A stretch of DNA of 54,239 bases from Candidatus Pelethosoma merdigallinarum (GTDB taxonomy: Bacteria; Bacillota_I; Bacilli_A; RF39; UBA660): positions 1-54,239 of the forward strand of contig DVKJ01000037.1 in the NCBI GenBank assembly GCA_018716065.1. Reading direction: 5' to 3'. Of the stretch, positions 30,659 through 40,382 are shown in pieces (position 1 is the stretch's first letter; the number at the start of each line of letters is the position of its first letter). The position numbers and the translations under genes are program-made. Under the pieces are notes generated by a model, which was given only the letters and a program-made list of their open reading frames with translations, was not told the DNA's origin and did not search any database.

Positions 30659-31542
30659 TATAAATGTCTACCTTTTTCTAAATCATCTAAATCATACGTT
30701 TCATAGTATTCATCGAGATCCACTGAATGATCTTGATTTTCATGCTCAATCTTTTTAAAATATTGATTTAAATCTCGGTTTAAAGAATCTAATAATGTAT
30801 CACAATAGATTTCATTATATACTTTTATTTGAACCGTTAAATTACGAATATTTTTATAAGTTAATATTTGTTGTTCCAAGATTTTTTGAGATGCACAATA
30901 GAAATTAAGATCATTTTCGCGAATAATATCATTCTTCTTCTTACGATATTGATACATGACATAATTATTCATGTGTTCTTTTAAAAAGGGATTAATTGTT
31001 GCATTTTGATTCAAAAACTCTCTAAATTTTTCATTATATTCTAAGGCTTGTAAAAATTCTTCCTTATATCGTTGATAAACAGGATCTTGTGAAACATTAC
31101 GTTCTACTTCATCAGTTTGATCATCAAACTCTCGATAAAATTCTTTAAATATTTCCATAAAATATTGCATCAATTCTGTTGGATTAAAATTCATAGGTAA
31201 ATATTTTGTTTTTTTATCGCTTTTATAAGAAATTTTAAAACCTGCTTGCGTAGAAAGTTCGTTAAGCGCACGAATTTCTTTGCGATACATTTTTTGTATT
31301 TCTTTTACTTTTCTGGTTTGGTTCTTTTTTGATAAATGCGTCACAATACTCTGATAGTACTCTTTTAATCTTTCTTTTAATTGTTCCTTATCTTGGGCTT
31401 GTAACTCATTAACGACAAAATAATCAATATTCATTAATTTATGTTTCTCGTATCCTTTTATATCATGACCATCAATAAAAGGAAAAACATGTTCTTCTTT
31501 GGTGTTAGGGTCTATCGCTACCAGTGAATATCTACGTCTCAT
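30658..31542 (-). CDS. Hypothetical protein
   Basis: ORF with AGGAGG RBS; its stop overlaps the xerC start. Confidence 0.75.
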   Translation of the reverse strand: MRRRYSLVAIDPNTKEEHVFPFIDGHDIKGYEKHKLMNIDYFVVNELQAQDKEQLKERLKEYYQSIVTHLSKKNQTRKVKEIQKMYRKEIRALNELSTQAGFKISYKSDKKTKYLPMNFNPTELMQYFMEIFKEFYREFDDQTDEVERNVSQDPVYQRYKEEFLQALEYNEKFREFLNQNATINPFLKEHMNNYVMYQYRKKKNDIIRENDLNFYCASQKILEQQILTYKNIRNLTVQIKVYNEIYCDTLLDSLNRDLNQYFKKIEHENQDHSVDLDEYYETYDLDDLEKGRHL

Positions 31543-31568
31543 TCTATACCTCCTATACAAAAAGAGTC

Positions 31569-31982
31569 CTACTTAGACTCTTTGTTTTCTAATTTTTCAA
31601 CGACTTTATTAGCCGTATCGATGCATACTTCCTTTACTTTATTAGCAGCTTCTTCTAAAACGGGAGTCCCTTTTTCTACCGCATAACTAGCAAACTCACT
31701 TGCCATATCTTGTAGTTTTTTAGCTTGTTTTTTTGCAGCTTTTAATACCGTTTCTTGATCAAGTTGTTCTAAAGCATCTTTTAAATCATATAATCTAGAT
31801 TCTAATTCTGCTTTTACTTCTTCTTTGTCTAAATCTTTAACTTTGATCATAAAGGCATCAAAACTAGACTTTAATTCTTGTCTCGTTTCACTTCCTTTTT
31901 TAGGAGCAAACAAAATTCCTAATCCAGCTCCAACCGCTGCTCCCGCTAAAAACTTTTTCCATCCATTATTTTTCTTGCTCAT
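31569..31982 (-). CDS. YtxH-like protein
   Basis: FLAGAAVGAGLGILFAPKKGSETR. Confidence 0.9.
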   Translation of the reverse strand: MSKKNNGWKKFLAGAAVGAGLGILFAPKKGSETRQELKSSFDAFMIKVKDLDKEEVKAELESRLYDLKDALEQLDQETVLKAAKKQAKKLQDMASEFASYAVEKGTPVLEEAANKVKEVCIDTANKVVEKLENKESK

Positions 31983-32265
31983 CTTTCATTTCCTCTTTTC
32001 TTTCTTTTTTGTGAATAATATTCGTAATACTATTGGTAATAAAACCGACTGCTAAATCACTGATGTTCGACACCATATCAGTCGTACGATCAATCACATC
32101 AAAAAGTCCATTTAATTTAGTTGCCTTTTGATTATAATCGTCAATCGCACGATCTACTTTATCTAATGTGTTCATCATTTTCACAATGAACATAATTAGT
32201 ACAATTAATAGTATGAACAATAATACATACAATATGACTGGAAATACTACATCAAAACACGTCAC
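31966..32265 (-). CDS. YtxG/DUF948-like membrane protein
   Basis: N-terminal TM helix plus coiled coil, directly upstream of the YtxH-like gene. Confidence 0.7.
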   Translation of the reverse strand: MTCFDVVFPVILYVLLFILLIVLIMFIVKMMNTLDKVDRAIDDYNQKATKLNGLFDVIDRTTDMVSNISDLAVGFITNSITNIIHKKERKEEMKDEQEK

Positions 32266-33083
32266 TATTCATCATCCCTTTTCTCGTACATAGAATCAAT
32301 TAAATCAAATAAATCGTCTTCTTTTAATTCATCATGTTCTACTTGTGCTTGCTCTTCTTTTATTGCTTTTTTAGTTTGTCTTTTTCTCGTTGCTCTTTCA
32401 TCTGCTTCCTCTAACGTTAAAGATGGATCTAAAGGTTCTTCTTCTTTATCTAAACCAAATCCTAAATCATCAAAGAAATCGTCTTTTTCTTTGGATTCTT
32501 CTTTTTCGTTAAAAAGAATCGAATTCTTACCAAATAACGTTGTTTCTAAATCATCTTCTAAAGTACCAAACGCTTTATTACGAACATCATCTACAGTAAC
32601 TTTACTACTTGTATGTGAAATAATAGGCGTTGGTTCTTCATTCTTATCTGTAATATCTTCCTTGTGATAATTCTTATCCAATACACCATAAACAGGTGAA
32701 ATAATTGGTGATGGTGAGAACGTTTTTTTACGTTTTACTGGTAAATCCACAGATGATTTAACGGTTGCCCCTTGATACGGTTTACGACCACTATAAGGTT
32801 CTTTACTACGTGTTGTAGAACGTGTTTCACGTATTTCTCTTTTTGGTTCTACTTTAGGTTCTTCTTTTGGTTCCGATTTTAACTCATCAAAATCTTTATC
32901 GTCAAAATAAACTGGAAATTTAAACTTTTCTTCTTCTTTTTCTACTGGTACTTCCTTTTCTTCTTCTTTTGGTTTCACCGGAGCTGGAATATCAACATGA
33001 ATCACTTCTTTTTTGACAGGAGTTTCTTCCATTTCCTCTTCTTCTTCTGTAAATAAGTTCTTTAATTTGTCTACAAATCCCAT
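32265..33083 (-). CDS. Acidic, largely disordered hypothetical protein with FSPSPIISPVYG motif
   Basis: Amphipathic start MGFVDKLKNLF, E/K-rich low-complexity sequence, GAGGTG RBS. Confidence 0.75.
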   Translation of the reverse strand: MGFVDKLKNLFTEEEEEMEETPVKKEVIHVDIPAPVKPKEEEKEVPVEKEEEKFKFPVYFDDKDFDELKSEPKEEPKVEPKREIRETRSTTRSKEPYSGRKPYQGATVKSSVDLPVKRKKTFSPSPIISPVYGVLDKNYHKEDITDKNEEPTPIISHTSSKVTVDDVRNKAFGTLEDDLETTLFGKNSILFNEKEESKEKDDFFDDLGFGLDKEEEPLDPSLTLEEADERATRKRQTKKAIKEEQAQVEHDELKEDDLFDLIDSMYEKRDDE

Positions 33084-33094
33084 TTTTCTACACC

Positions 33095-33736
33095 TCAATC
33101 TTTGTTTTCTTCTTCTTTTGCTTTCTCATTATCTTGATCTGAGTATTGCAAAAAGTTATCTGTTTCTACTTCACTCTTCTTCGATGTAAACTCATCATAG
33201 TTTTCTTCTTTATTTGTGAAGTAATCTTCATTTAACATGAGCTTAATCACATTCGGATTAAATTTAACCGTAGATAGAATATAAGAAGCATTCATGACCG
33301 CATCATTGATATCCTCTTTATCTACTAATGTTTCAATTCGCGCATAATTATACATAAATTCAATAAAATATTTATCTTTTTCTTGATTAATCTCTAAATA
33401 TGCGATTTTGTCATTAATTTCAAACTTCTTACTGTAGTACGCTTCTTCGTTTTCTTGATATTCTAATTCTTTCTCATGATAAAAACTAACCGCATCGACA
33501 TAAAGATAATAATAGTTCCCATTCGAATACAATTTTTCATTAAATTCATTCGTGTCAATATAGGTTACACCACGGGGAACATAATACTTATATCCCTTTC
33601 CTACATGATTATACAAATCATTATCTTTAGAAAGAATAACACTAACCATATTATCAATATTTTGTGTATCGATACGAACTGCCGTACAGCCTGTAAGCAT
33701 GAGACAACCGAGTAATATTAGTCCTACTTTCTTCAT
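33095..33736 (-). CDS. Lipoprotein of unknown function
   Basis: MKKVGLILLGCLMLTGC lipobox. Confidence 0.85.
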   Translation of the reverse strand: MKKVGLILLGCLMLTGCTAVRIDTQNIDNMVSVILSKDNDLYNHVGKGYKYYVPRGVTYIDTNEFNEKLYSNGNYYYLYVDAVSFYHEKELEYQENEEAYYSKKFEINDKIAYLEINQEKDKYFIEFMYNYARIETLVDKEDINDAVMNASYILSTVKFNPNVIKLMLNEDYFTNKEENYDEFTSKKSEVETDNFLQYSDQDNEKAKEEENKD

Positions 33737-33823
33737 ATTTCACCTACTTAACTAAATTATATCAAACTTTGTTATAAATTCCAAAAAACAGCTTAACTTT
33801 ACATGTAAAGAACATGTATACAG

Positions 33824-34450
33824 TTATTTATAAACCTTTATTTTATAAATAGGAAAACCTAAATCGTGAAACTTTTTCTCATATTCTGTAGCTACATTAT
33901 CTGTCAAGTCATCATGATACAAATCTAAAGATATTTCTTCAAAATGATAACCATATTCATTAAAACTGATCAAAGAATACTCAAATAATTTACGATTATC
34001 AGTTTTCATCACAATCTCTTTTTGATGACAAAATAAAGAATCATAACGTTTTAAAAACTCGGGACTGGTTAAACGACGATGTGCATGTCTCTTTTTAGGC
34101 CATGGATCTGAGAAATTCAAATAAATTACATCGACTTCATGATCAAACATCTCTTCAATATAAGTCGCATCCGCGCGAATAAATTTTAAGTTCGGAAGTG
34201 GTTCCTCTACTTTCTCAATCGCACGAACCAACACACTATCGTATTTTTCGATACCAATAAAATTAATCATAGGATATTTCCTTGCCATTCCAATAATAAA
34301 ATCTCCCTTACCTGTACCAATTTCAATATGAATCGGATGATCATTTAAAAATAACTCTTGATACTTTCCTTTATAATCCTCAGGATTTTTTATTACAATT
34401 TCAGAAGCTTCTATTTTTTCATGCGCTCCTTTTACATGTTTTAATCTCAT
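33824..34450 (-). CDS. trmB: tRNA (guanine-N7)-methyltransferase
   Basis: IEIGTGKG, LNFSDPWPKKRH..RRLT, KTDN, TEYEKKF. Confidence 0.97.
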   Translation of the reverse strand: MRLKHVKGAHEKIEASEIVIKNPEDYKGKYQELFLNDHPIHIEIGTGKGDFIIGMARKYPMINFIGIEKYDSVLVRAIEKVEEPLPNLKFIRADATYIEEMFDHEVDVIYLNFSDPWPKKRHAHRRLTSPEFLKRYDSLFCHQKEIVMKTDNRKLFEYSLISFNEYGYHFEEISLDLYHDDLTDNVATEYEKKFHDLGFPIYKIKVYK

Positions 34451-34521
34451 TAAAATCACCAAAGTTATTATACACTAAATAAGACAAAAATCATATACTG
34501 TTAGTGAAAAGGAGTGAAAAA

Positions 34522-34827
34522 ATGAAAAAAGATAGAAACTGTATGATGAATCAACCATTCATGATGTCCTTCCCTACCCCAATGCCTGCGATGGGACCTA
34601 TGATGGGTGGACCTATGATGGGAAATCCAATGATGGGAATGAATACAACTTCCACATCTAGTTGTGGTTGTGGAAATAATCTAGCAAGTGAAGTTGCAGC
34701 TTTAAGACAACAAGTAAATCAATTAGAAAGACGTGTTTGTATGTTAGAAAACAAACCAATCGCAACGCCATATACAACAAATTCAAATACCACTAATAAC
34801 TATGACACCAATGTTCAAATGATTTAA
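34522..34827 (+). CDS. Small Met/Pro/Gly-rich protein, spore-coat-like
   Basis: AAGGAG RBS, PMMG repeats and a short coiled coil; CATATACT -10-like element at 34492-34499. Confidence 0.6.
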   Translation: MKKDRNCMMNQPFMMSFPTPMPAMGPMMGGPMMGNPMMGMNTTSTSSCGCGNNLASEVAALRQQVNQLERRVCMLENKPIATPYTTNSNTTNNYDTNVQMI

Positions 34828-34831
34828 TAAG

Positions 34832-34860
34832 AAAACCATTGCCTAAAAACAATGGTTTTT
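34832..34860. terminator. Bidirectional terminator
   Basis: AAAACCATTG-N8-CAATGGTTTT between convergent genes. Confidence 0.75.
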
Positions 34861-34886
34861 ATTTTACCCTACTACTCAACAAACAA

Positions 34887-37826
34887 TTATTCAACCACAT
34901 ATGGATCTTGCATCGTTCCTGTTCCTGTGAATGTAATCTTTGATGGATCGATATTTATAACTGGACGAACACCGAAAGCATAATCCACGTTGTTGCTCGT
35001 AAGCACGCCCGGCGACGACACGTAGAACTCGCTCGCACGAAACCAGTAGCTGAATCCGGACGGTGACATGGTCCAATAGTTAGTTCCACTATATAAATAA
35101 TAAAGTCGATTCTGGGCATTTGTCCTTCCACCAGCTATGTTCACTTCATCTGCAGTGATTAATCCAATTGGGTTGGTTAACTTCCCATTACCACTGGTAC
35201 TTGATACACTGAATTGATCATTGTTCCGTGAACAAATCAAGTTTGGTCCTTTTCTGGTTCCTTGCCAGTCCCAGAATTTGTCATAATCATAAATTGTTGA
35301 ATGGATTCCGTATCCTTCTTGTGTGTATGGATAAGCTACTTTTGTTGATGGAACACGATTATTACAGTAAATTGCCTCTTTTGAAATCTTATTATCATAA
35401 CTTTTTAAATTGTTGTTATACCAATTTTCTAGATATGTCTTCATGGTACTATTAGCATCATTTTTATGGGCACTTTCATAACTCGTAGATGAATATTCAA
35501 TTCCTTTCACTCGTAGTGTTGTATCATTCACTCCACTCGTTACATGTAACAATCGTTGACAAGTTGCGGTCTCATTACTACTGATACAGGTATAATAATT
35601 ATTTGTATTATACTTTTCTCGATATTCTTTTGGCGTTGCTTGTACTAAATCTCCACTTAATTTAAAACTTCTAGTTGATGAATCATATGTATAAGTGGTT
35701 CCGAAATAGTATTTTGTTGTTGGCGACAATCCATTATAATCGAAAGATTGAATTGATTCTGTTATTTGATTATTAGAAGTATCTCCATACATATACCCAA
35801 CATATGCATTATCTGCCCAATAACTATTAAACGCACTCGTTCCTACTTGACGATCACTACTTGATTCTCCATTCTCATGTGGTGTCTTTCCATCATAAAT
35901 CATACGAATACTTCCATCACCATTAATTCGAATAATTCGCCAATAGTAATCTCCAAACTTGACATAGTTTCCTCCCACTGCTCCTCTGTAATAGAAGGTA
36001 TCTCCGGCATTGTCCGTACTTGCATACATTCCCGTTCCACTATTGTCATATCCTTTAATTCCTGCGGTATAATTATATACAGTAGCCGTATAAGTTGTTC
36101 CCCCATTACTATTGGTACTCGTTGTTACTTTTGTTATTCTTCGCATCACTGTACAAGATGAATTTGTACTCGTACAAGTGTAATAGTTTCCATTTGAGTA
36201 ATCGATACTACTTGGATCTTGTAAACTTGAACCTGTTAAAGTATAGTATCCTGTTGATGAATCGAATGTATATCCCGTTCCTATTTGCCAATAAGTTGTA
36301 GTTGAAACAGTACTTGTATTCGTACTGGCTACTTCTTCATAAGTAATTGCAGGCGCACTTACTTTAAAGTCTGGTGTTCCTTTATCCTTAATTGTTTGTT
36401 TTGCTTCTTCTATGTTTGTATTTTTAGTTTCTGAAGCAAGTAAACAGTCTGCTAGATCGGTGACTCCATTCTTTTCACACCAACTCTTATGTTTGATCGT
36501 TGTTGATTTGGTGTTGATTTCTGATTTGTTTCCTGCCTTGTCCTCTACATATACACTCATTAAGTAATCTTTTTCTTCTAAGCTAGTAAAAGTATAGTTA
36601 GAGTTATTACTTTCTACAAAACTTTGTCCTCCATCTTTACTGTAAAAATATTTATTAACTCCACTTTCATTATCTACTCCAGTTACTTCAAGAGTAACCG
36701 TGTCATCATTTGGTGTAACATTGAAATTATAAATCGTTGGAATCGTAGAGTCTACTTTATACAAGTCTGAACACTTTGTAGTCTCATTATTAGAAGTATC
36801 AATAGCTTTTACACATAGTCTAGTTGGTAATGAGTTACTACTTAGATTCACACTATAAACATTCTCTTGACCTTCTAGTGGAGTTGTAGGTTCACAACTT
36901 GTTTCTGTTGTCTCACAATATTTGACTTCTTTTATTCCTACATTATCTGTAATGGTACTATCTAAGGTAAGACCCTTATACCACCCATTGTTTCCCATTA
37001 CATTATTACCTAATGTAATAGTTACTTTAGGATCAGTTTCATCCGTTGTACTGACTTTTCCGGATGAAAATACAACATTACCTAAAGAATCTTCTGCTTT
37101 TACGTAGATGGTATATTCTTTATGAGTATCTAGTTGATAAATGGTATATTCATTACTTGTTGTTTCATACCATTTATTATTATCTAAAGAATAATAATAT
37201 TTTATCGCATTCGTTGCGGTTATAATAGTCTTTATTGAATTTTCACTTGGTTCAAAAGTTAAATTAGTGATAGAAAGTTCATCTACATTTCCTTCTTCTG
37301 TAGCTTCACTAAAATTAGAACTATTTCCACTTTGTAAATAATTTAAGTTCATACTGAAATCAAAACTTTGATTACTTGGTATATCTGGTATATTCTCACT
37401 CAGTTTCATGATAAGTTGAAAGGTAATATCTTGATCTACAATGAGTTCTTCTCGTGCGGTAATTCCTTCTATCTTAAAATCAATATATTCTTGTTCTTCC
37501 ATACTCATCTTTATAGAGTCTAATACGGCATCGATATTACCTAGATTGGATACAGTAATATCATACGAAATACTATCGCCTGGCTTTTCAAATGACGCAC
37601 TCATATTAGCTGTTAGTTTGTCAAAACTTGGATCTGTAACATTCTTAGCATTACCTACTATTTTCTTTGTTTCTACATTGGTAATTTCAATTCTCCAATC
37701 AGTAGTAATCCCACCAGTTCCTTGAATATTTAAAGTTTGACTTAATACCGCATAGCCTACAGTTAGTCCAATCACAATCGCACATAGTGTTCCTATAATG
37801 ATTCTCTGTTTCTTTCTCGTTCTCAC
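34887..37826 (-). CDS. Large surface protein, putative DGR target adhesin
   Basis: GTG start after an AGAGGTGG RBS (the ORF-track ATG overlaps the -10 box). It has an N-terminal hydrophobic segment, a PGD..Y.I.V.N.G..DA domain, Ig/FN3-like repeats (YYYSLD, YFYSKD), WRIIRINGDGSIRMIY, and a C-terminal IGLITADE..YWTMSP...GVRPVI...GTGT..DPY domain of probable C-type-lectin-like fold. Confidence 0.85.
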   Translation of the reverse strand: MRTRKKQRIIIGTLCAIVIGLTVGYAVLSQTLNIQGTGGITTDWRIEITNVETKKIVGNAKNVTDPSFDKLTANMSASFEKPGDSISYDITVSNLGNIDAVLDSIKMSMEEQEYIDFKIEGITAREELIVDQDITFQLIMKLSENIPDIPSNQSFDFSMNLNYLQSGNSSNFSEATEEGNVDELSITNLTFEPSENSIKTIITATNAIKYYYSLDNNKWYETTSNEYTIYQLDTHKEYTIYVKAEDSLGNVVFSSGKVSTTDETDPKVTITLGNNVMGNNGWYKGLTLDSTITDNVGIKEVKYCETTETSCEPTTPLEGQENVYSVNLSSNSLPTRLCVKAIDTSNNETTKCSDLYKVDSTIPTIYNFNVTPNDDTVTLEVTGVDNESGVNKYFYSKDGGQSFVESNNSNYTFTSLEEKDYLMSVYVEDKAGNKSEINTKSTTIKHKSWCEKNGVTDLADCLLASETKNTNIEEAKQTIKDKGTPDFKVSAPAITYEEVASTNTSTVSTTTYWQIGTGYTFDSSTGYYTLTGSSLQDPSSIDYSNGNYYTCTSTNSSCTVMRRITKVTTSTNSNGGTTYTATVYNYTAGIKGYDNSGTGMYASTDNAGDTFYYRGAVGGNYVKFGDYYWRIIRINGDGSIRMIYDGKTPHENGESSSDRQVGTSAFNSYWADNAYVGYMYGDTSNNQITESIQSFDYNGLSPTTKYYFGTTYTYDSSTRSFKLSGDLVQATPKEYREKYNTNNYYTCISSNETATCQRLLHVTSGVNDTTLRVKGIEYSSTSYESAHKNDANSTMKTYLENWYNNNLKSYDNKISKEAIYCNNRVPSTKVAYPYTQEGYGIHSTIYDYDKFWDWQGTRKGPNLICSRNNDQFSVSSTSGNGKLTNPIGLITADEVNIAGGRTNAQNRLYYLYSGTNYWTMSPSGFSYWFRASEFYVSSPGVLTSNNVDYAFGVRPVINIDPSKITFTGTGTMQDPYVVE
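34956..35078 (-). other. Putative DGR variable region VR1
   Basis: 62 of 110 nt are G/C at 34961-35070 by manual count. Only 1 of 33 consecutive codons ends in A, and residual AAC AAC codons are present. Confidence 0.7.
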
Positions 37827-37872
37827 AAAACCACCTCTACTTCTATTATGGTTTATTCTATTATCTTTATTC

Positions 37873-37927
37873 ATTATACAAAAAGAGAGGGTTTATTGTC
37901 AATACCAATAACCCCCCCCCGTGGACG
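37873..37927 (-). promoter_or_regulatory. sigmaA promoter preceded by a G9 tract, copy 2
   Basis: Minus strand CAC-G9-TTATTGGTA-TTGACA-N18-TATAAT. Confidence 0.7.
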
Positions 37928-38084
37928 TCTAAAAAGTCACCGGATTTCACTTAGACCTTATTTTTAAAGGTCTAATAGATTAACAGAAACTTGTAAATTA
38001 TTGCCATTTGCTAACTAAAATTATTTATTCTTTTATATATTTAGTAAAAAAGAGACTACTTTTCATTTCTTAAAGTAGGCTCTT

Positions 38085-39152
38085 TTATTTTCTTTTGAGT
38101 ATAACTGGTACATGATTTAGAAATTGGTAATAAGGTTCTATATGATGATAATAGAAATCATATTCACCATTTTGATAGTAATAAACTTTTAATTGCTCTA
38201 AATAATCACAAATGATTTTTCTCTCTTCTATATTATTTTGATAGTATAATAATTGATTGGTCTTTTGGTTTAATAATTGTAAGTAAAAGGAAAGATTTGA
38301 TTCACCAGGCTTAATATAGTTTTTGAATAATGTAATAATATCGTCTAAAAGATCTTCTCTAGAACATCTTTTAAAATTTTCAATATAAAGAATAACGTTT
38401 TCTAATCTTGGATCATAATTTCCCTTTTGTTGTTCTGTATGTAAAATTTGAATATTTTCAACCATTGTGTGATAGCGATTTTCTTTTGTTAGTTGATGAA
38501 ATAATGGTGGAGCAAGTTCTGGATTCTCCTTTTTCACACACAAAGCTTTATATAATTCTAATTGTGCGATACTGATCATTTCTTTCTTTCCATCGATAGG
38601 ATAAAACGTCATAAAATGTGGATTATAAGCGACATTGTTGGTCACGATCTCTCTATATTGTTTCATAACACGATCCACTACAGATCGAGGTAATTTTTTC
38701 TTTTGTTTTATCTCTTCTATCTGTGATAAAGCATATTGATGAGCCTCGTATTCCGAAAAGTAATGATTATGAAGAAGTTCATCCTCTGGTTCTAAAGCTG
38801 TCGCATCACAAGTATAAAAATAACGATAAAATTTATTGATCGGATCTTTTTCTTCCTTATAAGTCTTGTGTTGAATAAAATGCTTACATTCATGAAGAAA
38901 TAAAAGAAGGAAAAATAAACGGTATTCGAAATTTTGCAAAAATTCGTTTACAACAAAAACATTAAGAACTATTTCTTTTTTCCCTGTGTCTATATACATT
39001 GGACAATTGGGGTCTAAGCGTTGAACAGCTATTTTTCTTACATAATCTTTATTAGGGTTCCCTGTAATTTGTTGGTTCGCAATTCTCTTAAACAATTTTA
39101 AATATTCATAAATGGTATGTTTTTGTTTCAAAAAATTCTCAATATCATTCAT
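38085..39152 (-). CDS. Hypothetical protein with HExxH zincin-like motif
   Basis: FLHECKHFIQ followed by SEYEAH. Confidence 0.75.
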   Translation of the reverse strand: MNDIENFLKQKHTIYEYLKLFKRIANQQITGNPNKDYVRKIAVQRLDPNCPMYIDTGKKEIVLNVFVVNEFLQNFEYRLFFLLLFLHECKHFIQHKTYKEEKDPINKFYRYFYTCDATALEPEDELLHNHYFSEYEAHQYALSQIEEIKQKKKLPRSVVDRVMKQYREIVTNNVAYNPHFMTFYPIDGKKEMISIAQLELYKALCVKKENPELAPPLFHQLTKENRYHTMVENIQILHTEQQKGNYDPRLENVILYIENFKRCSREDLLDDIITLFKNYIKPGESNLSFYLQLLNQKTNQLLYYQNNIEERKIICDYLEQLKVYYYQNGEYDFYYHHIEPYYQFLNHVPVILKRK

Positions 39153-39176
39153 ATTCTTTTTCCTTTCTCAAACTTA

Positions 39177-40316
39177 TTATTTCTTTAATAATGATTTTGG
39201 TTCTCCATCTATTAGATTCATGTCTTCTTGAGATAACTCATAAAGACTCCATTCATCATCCCTCTTAATAAAATAACAATCATCGGACTCTTTAGAAGTG
39301 AAATATTCGGTATCGTAATAAATCTCAGGAATTGTTTTAATCAATCCAAAGGATTTTGTTTCATAAAGTTTCATAATCCTATTATTTTGGTAAGATTGGC
39401 CATACTGTTTGGTATAGGCAACATCAATATCTTGTAAAGCTAGTTCTTGTAGAGTTTTTATGTGTTTTAAAATGTTTGAATTATGAACCGTATTTTCTTT
39501 GACAACATCTGGATAAATAGAAGCTAATTTTTTTGCTCTACTTACATTATCATAAGATAAATATAATTCGTGAATTCTATTTAGTCGTTGAACGATCGAA
39601 TCTACTTGTTTTTCTTGAATTCCTAATTGATTTAACGTGTGATAAAAAGTATCTAAAGAACCGGTTGTGCGCATTTTGTAAAAGACATCTTCTCCTAACG
39701 TTTCAATCCACATTTTGGCTAAGTTTCCTTCATACTCATAGATAGAATAATTTTCAGATGGATATTCTGTAGTAATAATATGAGTGAGTGTTTCTTCAAA
39801 AAATGAGGAATCGTCAATCGTTGGAAAAAGGGCGTGAATCATTTCGTGATAATACGTACTTGCAAAACTAGGATCTTCTTGATTAGAATGTAAATAAATA
39901 TTACTGTGAGAAAAAAGCCCAAAAAAATCTTGTTGCGTTTGAGTTTCTCCTGTGACTGTTCCCTCTTTTGGTTCATAATATACTTTTGTACCAGCGATGG
40001 ATGTTGCTAGGTTCTCATAATCGATATAGGGATTATTTTGACAATATAACAATAATTCATTTAACATAGAAGGATCAACTTTATTTGCCACTTTAAATAA
40101 TGGAGTGTCAGACATACGATCGATAAATTCCATAATAAATTCGTTTTTATCTTCATCTGGAAGCTCATTCACTTCGACTTCTAAATGATTATATGGGTGG
40201 GTATGTGCTTGAGTTGCCATTTGTAGAACTTCATAAGCTCTTTTATCTAGCCAGATGAGTTCTGATAAAATAATTAATTTGGATAAGATAAGTAAGGATG
40301 GTTTCTTTTTCGTCAT
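39177..40316 (-). CDS. Hypothetical protein with HExxH zincin-like motif and N-terminal hydrophobic segment
   Basis: YYHEMIHAL then FFEETLT; own TTGACA...TATAAT promoter. Confidence 0.75.
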   Translation of the reverse strand: MTKKKPSLLILSKLIILSELIWLDKRAYEVLQMATQAHTHPYNHLEVEVNELPDEDKNEFIMEFIDRMSDTPLFKVANKVDPSMLNELLLYCQNNPYIDYENLATSIAGTKVYYEPKEGTVTGETQTQQDFFGLFSHSNIYLHSNQEDPSFASTYYHEMIHALFPTIDDSSFFEETLTHIITTEYPSENYSIYEYEGNLAKMWIETLGEDVFYKMRTTGSLDTFYHTLNQLGIQEKQVDSIVQRLNRIHELYLSYDNVSRAKKLASIYPDVVKENTVHNSNILKHIKTLQELALQDIDVAYTKQYGQSYQNNRIMKLYETKSFGLIKTIPEIYYDTEYFTSKESDDCYFIKRDDEWSLYELSQEDMNLIDGEPKSLLKK

Positions 40317-40382
40317 ACATTCGCCCCTCTTTTAATCATGCTTATTATAGTCCTTTTTTTATTTTTGTCAATAAAAAAACCT

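Noticed and set aside
33797-33810. Palindrome CTTTACATGTAAAG downstream of trmB
   Set aside because: It overlaps a TACATGT...ACATGTA hairpin that is more simply read as the trmB terminator region.
34891-35076. 61-aa alternate-frame ORF over VR1
   Set aside because: A by-product of the local high GC content, which removes stop codons; no RBS.
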